64,000 nucleotides of DNA from Candidatus Gastranaerophilales bacterium (GCA_028689995.1 JAQVCB010000003.1:1291-65290); one strand, 5' to 3'; numbered from the stretch's first letter, positions 50,481 through 60,208 are shown. Notes: generated from the letters alone by a model not told the origin. A program made the numbers and translations.

Positions 50481-50770
50481 AATTAATTCCTTTAATTCTG
50501 AAAATTAGCTTATACTTTTTTTTAAAAATATTATAGAATTATCTTATATTAATCTGGGAAGTTTTCAAATTAATATAAATAGTGTTTATTTCTTAAAAGA
50601 AGTATCAAATATATTAAATCTGAATAAAAATCATATTTTAAGAAATTTAACAATTTGTGACCTAATCTATTAAGTATTTTGAAAATAAGCCGACATTATA
50701 AATATTGGTATTTATATATAAACAATAACCAAGCATTTTATGGCTGGATTTAAAAGAAAAGAGTTTTATA

Positions 50771-51901
50771 ATGGCTCAACCTGAACAATTTGTTATAAAA
50801 GATAAAATCAAAAGTTGTCAATATATTTTATCGCAAGTAGCCAAAGAACGAATAAGGCATACTATACTTATTGTTGATGATGAAGAAGATAATTTGCAAC
50901 TTTTAAACAGGACTTTGCGTCGTGAATATACTATAATTACTGCATCGGATGGAATTGAAGCTCTTGAGATTCTTAAAAAAGAAGGTAATAATATTTCTCT
51001 AATCCTTAGTGATCAAAGAATGCCTAATATGTCAGGAACAGAATTCTTGTCCAGAACTGTAAATGAATATCCTAATATTATAAGAATGCTTTTAACCGGC
51101 TATAGTGATATTGATGCAATGATAGAAGGCGTTAATAAATGCGGTTTATTTCAGTATCTTACAAAACCTTATGACCCGGAAGATCTTAAATTTGTAATAA
51201 AAAATGGTATTAATGCTTATGAATTAACTGTCAGTAAAAAAGCGCTTCTACATGATCTTAAAGAACTGTTTTTTACAACTATAAAATCCATTTCCAGTGC
51301 GCTTGATGCTAAGGATGCATATACACATGGTCATTCTTTAAGGGTAACACTATTTTCACTTATTTTATGCAAAGAAATGGGTTTGGAGGAAAATTTTATA
51401 GGTGAAATTGAAATCGCAGGTCTTTTGCATGATATTGGAAAAATAGGAGTGCCTGAAAATATTTTATGCAAACCTGGTAAACTGACTGATGAAGAGTTTA
51501 ACATTATTAAACTTCATCCTGAAAAGGGAAGAAAGATTTTAAATGGAATTAAAAGACTTAGTAAAGCAGCTTTTTGGTTAAACAGCCATCATGAAAGATG
51601 GGATGGTTTTGGGTATCCTCAAAAATTAAAAGAAGAAGATATCCCTCTTGCTGCAAGAATTCTTGCTGTAGCTGATACATATGATGCTATGACATCAGAT
51701 AGATCATATAGAAAAGGATTGCCTCATGAAACAGCATTAGAGGAAATAAAACGTTGTTCTGGTTCACAGTTTGATCCATCGATAGTAGAGACTTTTTTAA
51801 AAGTTGAAAATACATTCCTTGAAGCCACAAAGAATTCTGAAGATTATTATAGTAAATACAGTGTTTTTAATAAAATTTTAAGCGACAAAGAACTATTATA
51901 G
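50771..51901 (+). CDS. Response regulator with HD-GYP phosphodiesterase output (RpfG family)
   Basis: 376 aa. It has a REC domain (ILIVDDEE...SDQRMP). The HD-GYP domain shows HGHSLRV, LHDIGK and HHERWDGFGYP. Confidence 0.88.
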   Translation: MAQPEQFVIKDKIKSCQYILSQVAKERIRHTILIVDDEEDNLQLLNRTLRREYTIITASDGIEALEILKKEGNNISLILSDQRMPNMSGTEFLSRTVNEYPNIIRMLLTGYSDIDAMIEGVNKCGLFQYLTKPYDPEDLKFVIKNGINAYELTVSKKALLHDLKELFFTTIKSISSALDAKDAYTHGHSLRVTLFSLILCKEMGLEENFIGEIEIAGLLHDIGKIGVPENILCKPGKLTDEEFNIIKLHPEKGRKILNGIKRLSKAAFWLNSHHERWDGFGYPQKLKEEDIPLAARILAVADTYDAMTSDRSYRKGLPHETALEEIKRCSGSQFDPSIVETFLKVENTFLEATKNSEDYYSKYSVFNKILSDKELL

Positions 51902-51907
51902 AATATA

Positions 51908-52750
51908 TTATTGCGGTATTATGCCTTTTACCCAATTTTTAAAATTTTCTTTTCTATTTACACGTAGATAATCATCATTTGTGGAATAAAAATGACCATC
52001 CATGGTCGTTATTCCATCCTTGGGCTTGTTTTGAAAATTTTGATCTGATGTTGAAATAATATGGCTGTTTACTTGTGTATAACCTGATTGCAATAGTGTT
52101 CCCGCTAAAGTTGCTGAAGCTTTTTTTGATATTTCATAAGAAAAACTTTTAACTTTATTTGTCTGGGAAACATTATCTCCAAAGTATATGGAAGGTGTAG
52201 GCATTGTTGCTCCTGTGATATTTTTTTTGTATGTATTTTCCCAGAGCACAGTTCCACTTTGAGGGTCTATAAGGGTTAACATTATATATAATTTGTATGA
52301 TGGTTTAACGGTTTGAAGACCCGGAATACTTAACGCTGTGAGATTTCCGGGTTCGAGGATCATATTTTGAATATCATATCCTCCAGAAACCAATAATATT
52401 TTGTTTGCACCGATTTTATCGGCGATAATTTGGCATGAATTATAATCAATGGTATAAGTATTTTGAAAATTTTCAATCATTTTGCGGTAAGTGTTTGTTA
52501 ATCCCGCTGATTTTATTAAATTTCGTGAAGAAGAGATATCAATAGTATTAATATTATATCTGGTGGTTAACGAATTAGCCAAATCATTTGCAATCATTCC
52601 GATAGTGACAGGATAAACAGATATATTTGCCCCCTGAGAAGCTATGTCAACAGGAAACACTGCTATTTTATCCGTACTATTAGCACAGGCTGCATGAATA
52701 ATATTAAAAAATATTATAGTAGCAAAAAATATTTTAAATAAATTTTTCAT
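51908..52750 (-). CDS. Secreted hypothetical protein (CsgG/LpoB-like alpha/beta pattern)
   Basis: Signal peptide MKNLFKIFFATIIFFNIIHAACA, with KIAVFPVD...ILLVSGGY...LIDPQSGTVLW. The start is uncertain (GTG at 52789 in the track). Confidence 0.5.
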   Translation of the reverse strand: MKNLFKIFFATIIFFNIIHAACANSTDKIAVFPVDIASQGANISVYPVTIGMIANDLANSLTTRYNINTIDISSSRNLIKSAGLTNTYRKMIENFQNTYTIDYNSCQIIADKIGANKILLVSGGYDIQNMILEPGNLTALSIPGLQTVKPSYKLYIMLTLIDPQSGTVLWENTYKKNITGATMPTPSIYFGDNVSQTNKVKSFSYEISKKASATLAGTLLQSGYTQVNSHIISTSDQNFQNKPKDGITTMDGHFYSTNDDYLRVNRKENFKNWVKGIIPQ

Positions 52751-53126
52751 CTCCCTGAGCCTTTCAAATTTTAGTATAAATTTCCCCACTTTATTTAATA
52801 TTATTTATTAGGTTTTATAAGCTTAAATCCTTCATTTAATTGAATTTAATTTTGCAAAGCGGGAGTGCATAAAAAGCCTCAACGGAAACGTTGAGTTTTC
52901 ATTAACGCTTTTTAGAACTCGTTCTAGTGCGAAACAAGAGAAGGTTAAATCAATAGTCGAGATGATGAGCATTCATTGTTGATTTAATCCTGTTTGTTCT
53001 TGTTGCGAAGCAGGAGTGGATAAAAAAAATTACTTGCTAAGTCAAAAAATCCATGTTATTAGTATTAATGTTCTATAAAGTGAGTATTTTAAACATATAA
53101 GATCTCAAAAGCTCACGAATGGTTAA

Positions 53127-53200
<74 letters not shown>

Positions 53201-53221
53201 ATTTACTCAATTCCCAAACAT

Positions 53222-53294
53222 GGGGGTGTAGCTCAGTTGGTAGAGCGCTTGCCTTGCACGCATGATGTCAGGAGTTCGAGTCTCCTCACCTCCA
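53222..53294 (+). tRNA. tRNA-Ala (anticodon UGC)
   Basis: Acceptor GGGGGTG/CACCTCC includes the G3:U70 alanine identity pair. Anticodon loop CTTGCAC and T arm AGGAG-TTCGAGT-CTCCT. There is one U:U mismatch in the anticodon stem. No encoded CCA. Confidence 0.93.
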
Positions 53295-53296
53295 GA

Positions 53297-53336
53297 TTAA
53301 AGACCACGTTCATTACGAATGTGGTCTTTAATTTTT
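53297..53336 (+). terminator. Rho-independent terminator after the tRNA pair
   Basis: ttaaagaccac-N13-gtggtctttaa (11-bp stem) followed by ttttt. Confidence 0.8.
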
Positions 53337-53522
53337 GGAAAATCACGCACATAGCGGGCTTTGCGGAGTTTGATTTTGGTAGAGAATTTATTTCGGAGAA
53401 AATCAGCAGATTTTTCGGGAGAAAATAAGGAGAATTCTCAGATTGATTTTTTAGTGACGCCGTGGGTATTTCAGGCAAATAAAAAAGCCATTGATATTTA
53501 TTAACGACTTCTTAAAACAAAA

Positions 53523-55178
53523 TTAAAGACATAAAATATTTTCTTGTTCTTGCCAATCGAGAGCTTTTATACTGCATAATTTTTCTACAGTTAGATCGGC
53601 GGGCTGATTTCCTGATAAAATACATTCTACAATTCTGGGGGATAGAATATTTAACCTTATTGCTTTCTTGACATAGTCAACGTTATGCTCTTTTTCGGAT
53701 TCAGCAATTTCTTTTGCTGTTTCAAACTTGCCTTCTCTAATCTGTTTATTCCAATGATGTCCTTTGGCTACAATATTTATAAGGAACGAGTTGATGTTAA
53801 CTTCTTTCTCTTCAGAATTATTGACTACTAAAACACTTCCTTTTCTTGATGTGGTCGATATTCTTACATCTCTTGAAATTGTTATTGCTTCTTCTGGTTC
53901 GTTTTTAATTTTATCAAGTAATGGAACTTCAGTAATAAAACTCTCTAATCCTTTAATAAGCTGGTTCTTACAAATTATAATCTCTATTTTATCTTTGAAT
54001 AAAAATACTTTTGCCAGAATTGCACGCATAAAATCATTTGCCAAATCAAGCGTTGAAGCTTTCGATAGTATCATTTTTTGCTTATGAATATCAAAATCAG
54101 AGATGTATTCCTGAATTCTGTCGTTATCAGATAAAAAATCTGATATTTCCTTCCTTACAAAATTTTCGATTTCTCCTGCCGGAATTTTGGTAAGTGTTCC
54201 TGCTTGTTTTTTATTGCCCTGAATTATCGCTTGACTTACATAATAACGGTAGCGTTTTCCTCTTGTATTACTATGGGAAGGATTCATTCTATTTCCTTTG
54301 TCATCGAATATTTTACCTGCAAGTAAGGACGGAGACTTTGCCGTAAGTTTGCATTTGTTGTTATTACGGTTTTTTTCCAGAAGTTCCTGGGCTTTCTTAA
54401 AAATATATTCCTCAATAATTCCTTCGTGTTCTCCGTTGTAACACGTGTCTTTATGCTTAACCATTCCAATATAAGTCTTGTTTGACAGAATTTTATACAA
54501 ATTACCTTTGCTAAAATTTCTGCCTGTCCTGCTTTTGATATTATTTTCTTCAAGATAACTTTTTAATTTAAAAACACTTTCGAATTCTATATATTTTTCA
54601 AAAATAGTTTCAAGAGTTGGGATGTACTCCTTGTCGGGAACGAGTTTTTTATCTTCAATTTTATATCCAATCGGTACAGATCCGCCGATCCATATTCCTT
54701 TTTTGGCTGAGGCTGCTTTTTTATCTCTGATTCTCTCTCCTGTAACTTCTCTTTCAAATTGGGCAAAAGATAGAAGAATATTAAGTGTTAGTCTGCCCAT
54801 GCTGGTTGTAGTATTGAACTGCTGGGTTATAGAAACAAAGGTAACTGACCGTTTATCAAATAATTCAACAATTTTAGAAAAATCCATAAGGGAACGAGTT
54901 AGCCTGTCTATTTTGTATACTAAAACTGTATCAACTTCGCCATTTTCTATATCTTGAAAAAGCTTTTTAAGGGCAGGTCTTTCAAGAGTCCCGCCTGAGA
55001 AGCCTCCATCGTTATATTGTTTATCGATTAAAACCCAACCTTCATGTTGTTGGGATTTTATGTAAGACTCGCAGGCTTCTCTTTGGGCATCAAGTGAGTT
55101 AAAATCCTGTTCCAAGCCTTCTTCAGAGGATTTTCTTGTATAAATTGCACAACGGATTGTTTTCTTCTTTGCTTCCAT
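53523..55178 (-). CDS. Large serine recombinase (integrase)
   Basis: 551 aa. The N-terminal resolvase domain is IRCAIYTRKSSEEGLEQDFNSLDAQREAC (catalytic Ser) with VLVYKIDRLTRS. A recombinase domain and a long C-terminal extension follow. Confidence 0.9.
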   Translation of the reverse strand: MEAKKKTIRCAIYTRKSSEEGLEQDFNSLDAQREACESYIKSQQHEGWVLIDKQYNDGGFSGGTLERPALKKLFQDIENGEVDTVLVYKIDRLTRSLMDFSKIVELFDKRSVTFVSITQQFNTTTSMGRLTLNILLSFAQFEREVTGERIRDKKAASAKKGIWIGGSVPIGYKIEDKKLVPDKEYIPTLETIFEKYIEFESVFKLKSYLEENNIKSRTGRNFSKGNLYKILSNKTYIGMVKHKDTCYNGEHEGIIEEYIFKKAQELLEKNRNNNKCKLTAKSPSLLAGKIFDDKGNRMNPSHSNTRGKRYRYYVSQAIIQGNKKQAGTLTKIPAGEIENFVRKEISDFLSDNDRIQEYISDFDIHKQKMILSKASTLDLANDFMRAILAKVFLFKDKIEIIICKNQLIKGLESFITEVPLLDKIKNEPEEAITISRDVRISTTSRKGSVLVVNNSEEKEVNINSFLINIVAKGHHWNKQIREGKFETAKEIAESEKEHNVDYVKKAIRLNILSPRIVECILSGNQPADLTVEKLCSIKALDWQEQENILCL

Positions 55179-55615
55179 TATTTTTTAATTCCGAAGAAAA
55201 CTTTTCCGTTCCACTGCGTGCCTGTTATTTCTCTTGCTATTGCAGACAAGCTTTTGTAATATTTGCCTCTATATTCAAAACCTTTATCCAGTGCAATAAC
55301 TTCGTGCTTTTCTCCTTTATATTCCCTTATCAACTTTGTCCCTGTCTTTATTTCAGAATTTTGTCGACAATGTTTATTTATTTCTTTTTCTTTTATTTCT
55401 TCTTTTTTGGCGAGTTTATCGGCAAGTTTATCCAATTGTTTCTGTGTTCGTGCCGAATAACTTCCTTGCTTTTTTGCTTGTAATTCCCACACAATATGCT
55501 TTATCAGGAATTCTTTCCTCGCATGTTGCGGAGAATTTGTTTTAAAGAGCTTTTTCCATTTTTTAATTAACTCTTCTCTGGAAAGTTGTTGGAGTTGTTC
55601 TATTGTTTCTTGCAT
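55178..55615 (-). CDS. DUF2924-family protein (frequent partner of large serine recombinases)
   Basis: 145 aa. GTKLIREYKGEKHEVIALDKGFEYRGKYYKSLSAIAREITGTQWNGKVFFG follows the DUF2924 pattern. Its stop overlaps the recombinase ATG (TAATG). Confidence 0.78.
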   Translation of the reverse strand: MQETIEQLQQLSREELIKKWKKLFKTNSPQHARKEFLIKHIVWELQAKKQGSYSARTQKQLDKLADKLAKKEEIKEKEINKHCRQNSEIKTGTKLIREYKGEKHEVIALDKGFEYRGKYYKSLSAIAREITGTQWNGKVFFGIKK

Positions 55616-55692
55616 GTCTGTAATCCTTTCTAAACTTGATAACAGACATATTAATCACTCTGCTATTCTCAGAAATCAAGTGTTTTCTAACT

Positions 55693-55992
55693 TTATATTT
55701 CTCCATTAATAATTTCTTTTAAAGCCTGTTCCTGTGTAGTTCCGTTTTCTTTACAATAAGAGTCAAGCCACTTAAAATATTGATCAATTTCTTTACTGCA
55801 AAGAGCTTTCATATTTTCTTTGGCTTTACAATCCTCCATAACAATATATTCAAGCAATGCTTTTGCTGTAGCTTTACTTGGTTTCTCTATATCATCGTGA
55901 AGAGTGGATATTATACCGATTATGTCATCAATCAGGATTTTAAAATCATTTCTGATTCACTGAAGCATTATCTTTGAATTGATTTCAGTCAT
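55693..55992 (-). pseudogene. 100-codon reading frame with good RBS-ATG and an in-frame TGA at codon 12 (nonsense-disrupted or recoded small gene)
   Basis: On the minus strand, AAGGAG is followed by 7 nt and then the ATG at 55992. The frame reads MTEINSKIMLQ-TGA(55959-55957)-IRNDFKILIDDIIGIISTLHDDIEKPSKATAKALLEYIVMEDCKAKENMKALCSKEIDQYFKWLDSYCKENGTTQEQALKEIINGEI-TAA. That leaves 87 stop-free codons after the TGA in AT-rich DNA. Confidence 0.5.
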
Positions 55993-56628
55993 AAAAAACT
56001 CCTTATACTTGTAACAGTTGTATGTTAGCTTACATAAGAAGATTGGGGTTATATTGTGTCTGTATGTTAAAATGCCGATGCAAGCATAGGGGCTGCAACC
56101 ATACTTAAAGGTGAAGTAAAGAGGTCTGGATACTCTGATAACATAACAGAATTCATGCAAATATGGCAGCCCGATAAATGCGGAACCAATGAAAATCTGA
56201 AAAAGCATGCAAATAAAAATATTTGAGGTTTATGCTGAGAATAAAACTTCGGCTGCTTATAGAATATTCTGGAATTATGGTCCGGACAAAAAGAATATTT
56301 CTAGTATTGGTATTACACTACATTCATAATTGTTAAAAATATTAAGCATATAAAAAATAACAATACTAATTTAATCAATCAATGATAAACATAAATATTT
56401 ACTACTAAAAATTTCTAGATAAATTTTTTATTTATTGCATAAAGTTATAAATTTGCCATTTTTTCTCTTTAATAAAGAGACCTAAAAGTCAATTATAGCT
56501 TAAAGATTTTTCTTGCAAAAAAAGTTATCTTGATTTTTAAGCATAATATATTTTTCTTACATGAAAAATTTTTCCTAATTTTTATATGGAAGCTTTTGCT
56601 ATCCGTAAAATAAATAAGGAAAATTCTT

Positions 56629-57945
56629 ATGAAAACCCCAAACATTTTAGAAGTACTTTACAAAAATCCAAACGAACTAAAACCGAATCCAAAGAATGCA
56701 AGAACGCATTGTAAGAAACAAGTTCATCAGATGAAAAAGAGTATCAATATCCTAGGGTTTAACAATCCAGTACTTATTGATTCTGATGATGTAATTATTG
56801 CAGGTCACGGGCGTGTTTTAGCAGCGATTGAACTTGGACTTGAAAATATTCCCACTATTTGTTTAACTCATATGACGCCAGAGCAAGTTCGCGCTTACAT
56901 AATTGCAGATAATCGTCTAGCAGAGCAAGCAGGCTGGGATAAAGAAATTTTAAAAATCGAGCTTGATTTTTTGATGAACCTTGATGCTGGCTTTGGCTTT
57001 GATGCTACAATCACTGGCTTTGACATCCCAGATATTGATTTAATTATCAATTCTGAAGCTATTGAGGATGCAAAAAAAGAAAAAGACGATCCAGTAGATG
57101 ACCTTCCTGAAGAAAGTGAAGTAGAAAAAAGAGTATCTTTAGATGATTTGTGGCAATTGGATAATCACAAACTGTTTTGCGGTGATGCTCTTAAAAAGGA
57201 AAGTTTTAAGACTTTGATGGGGCAAGAGCTAGCCAAAATAGCATTTGTAGATATGCCATACAATGTTAAAATACAAGGAAATGTTACTAAGCAAAAACAT
57301 CATAAAGAATTTGCCTATGCCTCTGGGGAAATGAATAATACTCAATTCACTAATTTTATGAAAACTGCAATGACTTTACTTGCAGCTTATTCTGTTGACG
57401 GATCAATTCACTTCCATTGTATGGATTGGAGACATATGCAAGAAATACTTGAGGCCGGACTTTCAGCTTATTCAAGCATAATTAATCTGGCAATATGGGA
57501 TAAAATAACGGCTGGAATGGGATCGTATCTGAGGTCCCAACATGAGCTTATATATATATTTAAAAATGGTACAGCTCCACATATAAACAATATTGAGCTT
57601 GGTATCTATGGTCGTTATCGGACTAATGTCTGGAAATATCGTGGAATGCATGCTTCAAATCCTGAAGCTATTGAGCTTTTAAAGCTACATCCTACAGTAA
57701 AACCAGTTGCTATGATTATGGATGCTATTCTTGACGTATCAAAGCCTGGAGATATAGTTCTTGATTCCTTTGCGGGCTCAGGCTCAACCCTGTTGGCTGC
57801 AGAACGAACCAAGCGTAAAGCTAGAGTAATTGAACTAGAGCCGAAATATGCCGATGTAATTCTATATCGCTGGGAAAAATTAACAGGAAAAAAGGCTAAA
57901 TTAATTAAAAATATAGGAGATATGACTTGTGGAAGACAACAATAA
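56629..57945 (+). CDS. ParB-like N-terminal nuclease domain fused to an N6/N4 DNA methyltransferase (orphan methylase)
   Basis: 438 aa. The ParB/Srx-type N-terminus has NPKNARTH and IIAGHGR. The methyltransferase motif IV variant is FVDMPYN and motif I is DSFAGSGSTLLAAE (beta-class order). Confidence 0.85.
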   Translation: MKTPNILEVLYKNPNELKPNPKNARTHCKKQVHQMKKSINILGFNNPVLIDSDDVIIAGHGRVLAAIELGLENIPTICLTHMTPEQVRAYIIADNRLAEQAGWDKEILKIELDFLMNLDAGFGFDATITGFDIPDIDLIINSEAIEDAKKEKDDPVDDLPEESEVEKRVSLDDLWQLDNHKLFCGDALKKESFKTLMGQELAKIAFVDMPYNVKIQGNVTKQKHHKEFAYASGEMNNTQFTNFMKTAMTLLAAYSVDGSIHFHCMDWRHMQEILEAGLSAYSSIINLAIWDKITAGMGSYLRSQHELIYIFKNGTAPHINNIELGIYGRYRTNVWKYRGMHASNPEAIELLKLHPTVKPVAMIMDAILDVSKPGDIVLDSFAGSGSTLLAAERTKRKARVIELEPKYADVILYRWEKLTGKKAKLIKNIGDMTCGRQQ

Positions 57946-58312
57946 CAACAACTATGAGGTGGGCTATAAACGCCCACCTACTGAACATCAGTTCAAGCCT
58001 GGGCACTCAGGTAACGCTAAAGGGCGCCCAAAGTTAATTAAGGAATTTAAAACCGATCTACGTGAAGAATTAGAAGAAATTATCATAGTTCAAGAGGGCG
58101 GAAAATCGAAACCTATAACTAAGCAACGAGCGTTGATAAAAAAACTGATTTTTAAAGCACTTGGGGGAGAACTAGGCGCACAAAAAGCCTTAACAAGTCT
58201 AATTGCTTTTCATTTAGATGATACTACCTCAGAAGTTAAAGATTTATCTGTAGAAGACCAAAAATTACTAGATAAATATATTTACAAAAATGGAAAGGAG
58301 AAAAAACAATGA
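57929..58312 (+). CDS. DUF5681-like protein (putative terminase small subunit)
   Basis: 127 aa. YKRPPTEHQFKPGHSGNAKGRPK is the characteristic N-terminal motif. The gene is coupled by overlap to both the upstream methylase gene and the downstream terminase large-subunit gene. Confidence 0.62.
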   Translation: MEDNNNNNYEVGYKRPPTEHQFKPGHSGNAKGRPKLIKEFKTDLREELEEIIIVQEGGKSKPITKQRALIKKLIFKALGGELGAQKALTSLIAFHLDDTTSEVKDLSVEDQKLLDKYIYKNGKEKKQ

Positions 58313-59814
58313 TTAACCCAGAGGAAATACTTTTATACGCTGCTCTAGCGCAAAATTTCAATATGTTCCTTGAAAAATGTTACAACGAGATTGATGGTGG
58401 ACAAAAATATACAGAAACAATAGCGACAGAATTAACTATTGATAAACTTAATTGTGTTAGCAACGGAGACATAAAACGTCTTATTATCAATGTTCCACCA
58501 CGAACACTAAAGACAACCATAGTTTCTATTGCATATACAGCATGGCTTTTGGGACATAACCCTAAACTCAAAATTCTATGCATCAGTTATGGCGATGATT
58601 TGGCAAAAGAATTTTCATTCAAAACTCGTCAAATTATGCAAAGCGAATGGTATAAAAAAACTTTTCTTAACACAAGGCTGAAAAAAGGTCGCCAACAAGA
58701 CGATTTTTTTGAGACAACAAAAAATGGTTTTAGAAAAGCAACCTCGCTTGGAGGTTCATTAACCGGACATGGCGCAGATATAATTATTATTGATGACCCA
58801 CAAAAAGCGCAGGAAATTTTATCTGATAAAATCAGAAAAAGCTCAAATGAAACATTTTCCAATACAATTATTTCGCGTTTAAATAATAAAAATGAGGGAA
58901 AAATCATTTTAGTCGCACAAAGATTACATTTAGATGATTTTTCTAACTATGTTCAAAAGTTTGGAAAGTGGGATGTTCTTGCTCTACCTGCAATAGCAGA
59001 GGGTGACGAAACTTACACATTATCAGACGACAGAATCTTAAGACGTAAAGTGGGAGATGTGATAAATCCTGAGCTTGAGTCCCTAAACAATTTAGAAGAA
59101 ATCAGAGAAGGTATGGGTGAATTCAATTTTTCGGCACAATATCAGCAAAATCCAATCCCTACAAAAGGTAATATTATTAATTTTGATGATTTTCAATTTT
59201 ATGAAAGTATTCCTGTTGCGTCCGAAGGTTTAATAATGCAAAGCTGGGATGTGGCCATGAAGACAGGTGATAATAATGATTTTTCGGTTTGTATTACAGC
59301 ACAAATCATTAATAAAGTTGCGTATATTCTTGATATTTGTCGATATAAATTTGATTTTACAAACGTATTGGCACAAGTCAAAATAATGCAAACTAAATAT
59401 GGGGCTCAAAGTATTATCATTGAAGATGCAGGAGTCAGCATTCCACTTATTCAGCTACTAAGAAATGATGAAGTATATGTAATCCCATACCATCCAACAA
59501 TATCAAAAGTAGAAAGAGCCTCTGCATGCACATATATGATACGTTCTCATCGTGTCCTACTGCCTAAAGCTGCACCATGGCTTGACTGTTTTAAAAGCGA
59601 GGTACTGGCTTTTCCATTTGGTGTTCATGACGATCAAGTTGATGCATTCTCGCAATTAATAGAAGAAATCAATAATATCCAGAATAATTACTCAATTGTA
59701 GAAATGGCAGAAGCAATGAAGCGAAGCGAACAAAAAGCACCTGAAGAACAATTTTGGCAAAAGGCTATAACCGGATACAAAAATAAACCAATAGGATGGA
59801 AACCGCCATTTTAA
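58309..59814 (+). CDS. Phage terminase large subunit-like ATPase/nuclease
   Basis: 501 aa. It has a deviant Walker A (VPPRTLKTT), Walker B (ADIIIIDDPQK) and LVAQRLHLDDF. A C-terminal RNaseH-like nuclease region includes HDDQVDA. Confidence 0.8.
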   Translation: MINPEEILLYAALAQNFNMFLEKCYNEIDGGQKYTETIATELTIDKLNCVSNGDIKRLIINVPPRTLKTTIVSIAYTAWLLGHNPKLKILCISYGDDLAKEFSFKTRQIMQSEWYKKTFLNTRLKKGRQQDDFFETTKNGFRKATSLGGSLTGHGADIIIIDDPQKAQEILSDKIRKSSNETFSNTIISRLNNKNEGKIILVAQRLHLDDFSNYVQKFGKWDVLALPAIAEGDETYTLSDDRILRRKVGDVINPELESLNNLEEIREGMGEFNFSAQYQQNPIPTKGNIINFDDFQFYESIPVASEGLIMQSWDVAMKTGDNNDFSVCITAQIINKVAYILDICRYKFDFTNVLAQVKIMQTKYGAQSIIIEDAGVSIPLIQLLRNDEVYVIPYHPTISKVERASACTYMIRSHRVLLPKAAPWLDCFKSEVLAFPFGVHDDQVDAFSQLIEEINNIQNNYSIVEMAEAMKRSEQKAPEEQFWQKAITGYKNKPIGWKPPF

Positions 59815-59843
59815 TATAAATCTCCCGAAAGGGAACTTTTACA

Positions 59844-60056
59844 TTAGAACTCAAACAATTCTTTAACCGGAACCTCAAGTGCATTTGCAAGTTTTATTAT
59901 TGTTCGAAGGTTTGGGGATTTTTCGCAGCGTTCAATTTTACCGATATATGAAATATCTAAATCAGCCAAAGATGATAGCATACTTTTTGTGTATCCTTTG
60001 GCTTTCCTTAGTTTTTGTACTTTTGTTGCAAATTGCTTATAAACATCTTCATTCAT
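59844..60056 (-). CDS. XRE-family helix-turn-helix regulator
   Basis: 70 aa. RKAKGYTKSMLSSLADLDISYIGKIERCEKSPNLRTIIKLANALEV is a classic Cro/CI HTH. Confidence 0.85.
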   Translation of the reverse strand: MNEDVYKQFATKVQKLRKAKGYTKSMLSSLADLDISYIGKIERCEKSPNLRTIIKLANALEVPVKELFEF

Positions 60057-60121
60057 TCTTTTATTGTGATATGCTTGGTTTGCGAAGGGATAGACTAGCA
60101 GTCCAGTAATAAAAATTTGTT

Positions 60122-60138
60122 ACGTCAAGAATTGACAT
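60122..60138. promoter_or_regulatory. Operator-like inverted repeat ACGTCA-N5-TGACAT in the divergent XRE / small-protein intergenic region
   Basis: The sequence is acgtcaagaattgacat. The same half-sites and spacing recur at 61987-62005. Confidence 0.45.
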
Positions 60139-60208
60139 AGACGCATGATAAACTGACATAAAAGTATTCAAAGAAGTTTAGACCTTTTATTTAAAAGGAG
60201 AAAATATT

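Noticed and set aside
1-53126. Possibility that the whole organism uses a TGA-sense genetic code (table 4/25)
   Set aside because: Long host genes are uninterrupted under the standard code. TGA terminates genes in classic ATGA overlaps, for example at 4241-4244 (rfbC/rfbB) and 12937-12940 (GT11/GT2).
52790-53126. Remnant of a 16S rRNA 3' end upstream of tRNA-Ile
   Set aside because: No anti-Shine-Dalgarno (cacctcctt) or other conserved 16S 3' motifs were seen. The region is instead made of the local repeat and hairpin modules.
55957-55959. Selenocysteine as the explanation for the in-frame TGAs (also 60536-60538)
   Set aside because: I could see no convincing stem-loop immediately 3' of either TGA. 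The proteins are not redox-enzyme-like, and no selA, selB or selC is present in the window. This cannot be fully excluded without folding tools.
55957-56208. 83-aa minus-strand ORF (MLFQIFIGSAF...)
   Set aside because: The composition is Cys/Tyr/Phe-rich and there is no RBS. Its last 11 codons are actually the RBS-preceded start (ATG at 55992) of the TGA-interrupted gene at 55693-55992. The upstream part is read-through of non-coding DNA.
58450-58520. Terminase large subunit lacking a canonical GK[ST] Walker A (VPPRTLKTT) as a sign of inactivation
   Set aside because: Phage terminases commonly have deviant Walker A motifs. As far as I recall, this PPR-x-LK-[ST] form is typical of this terminase subfamily. 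Walker B (IIIIDDP) and the nuclease acidic residues are intact.
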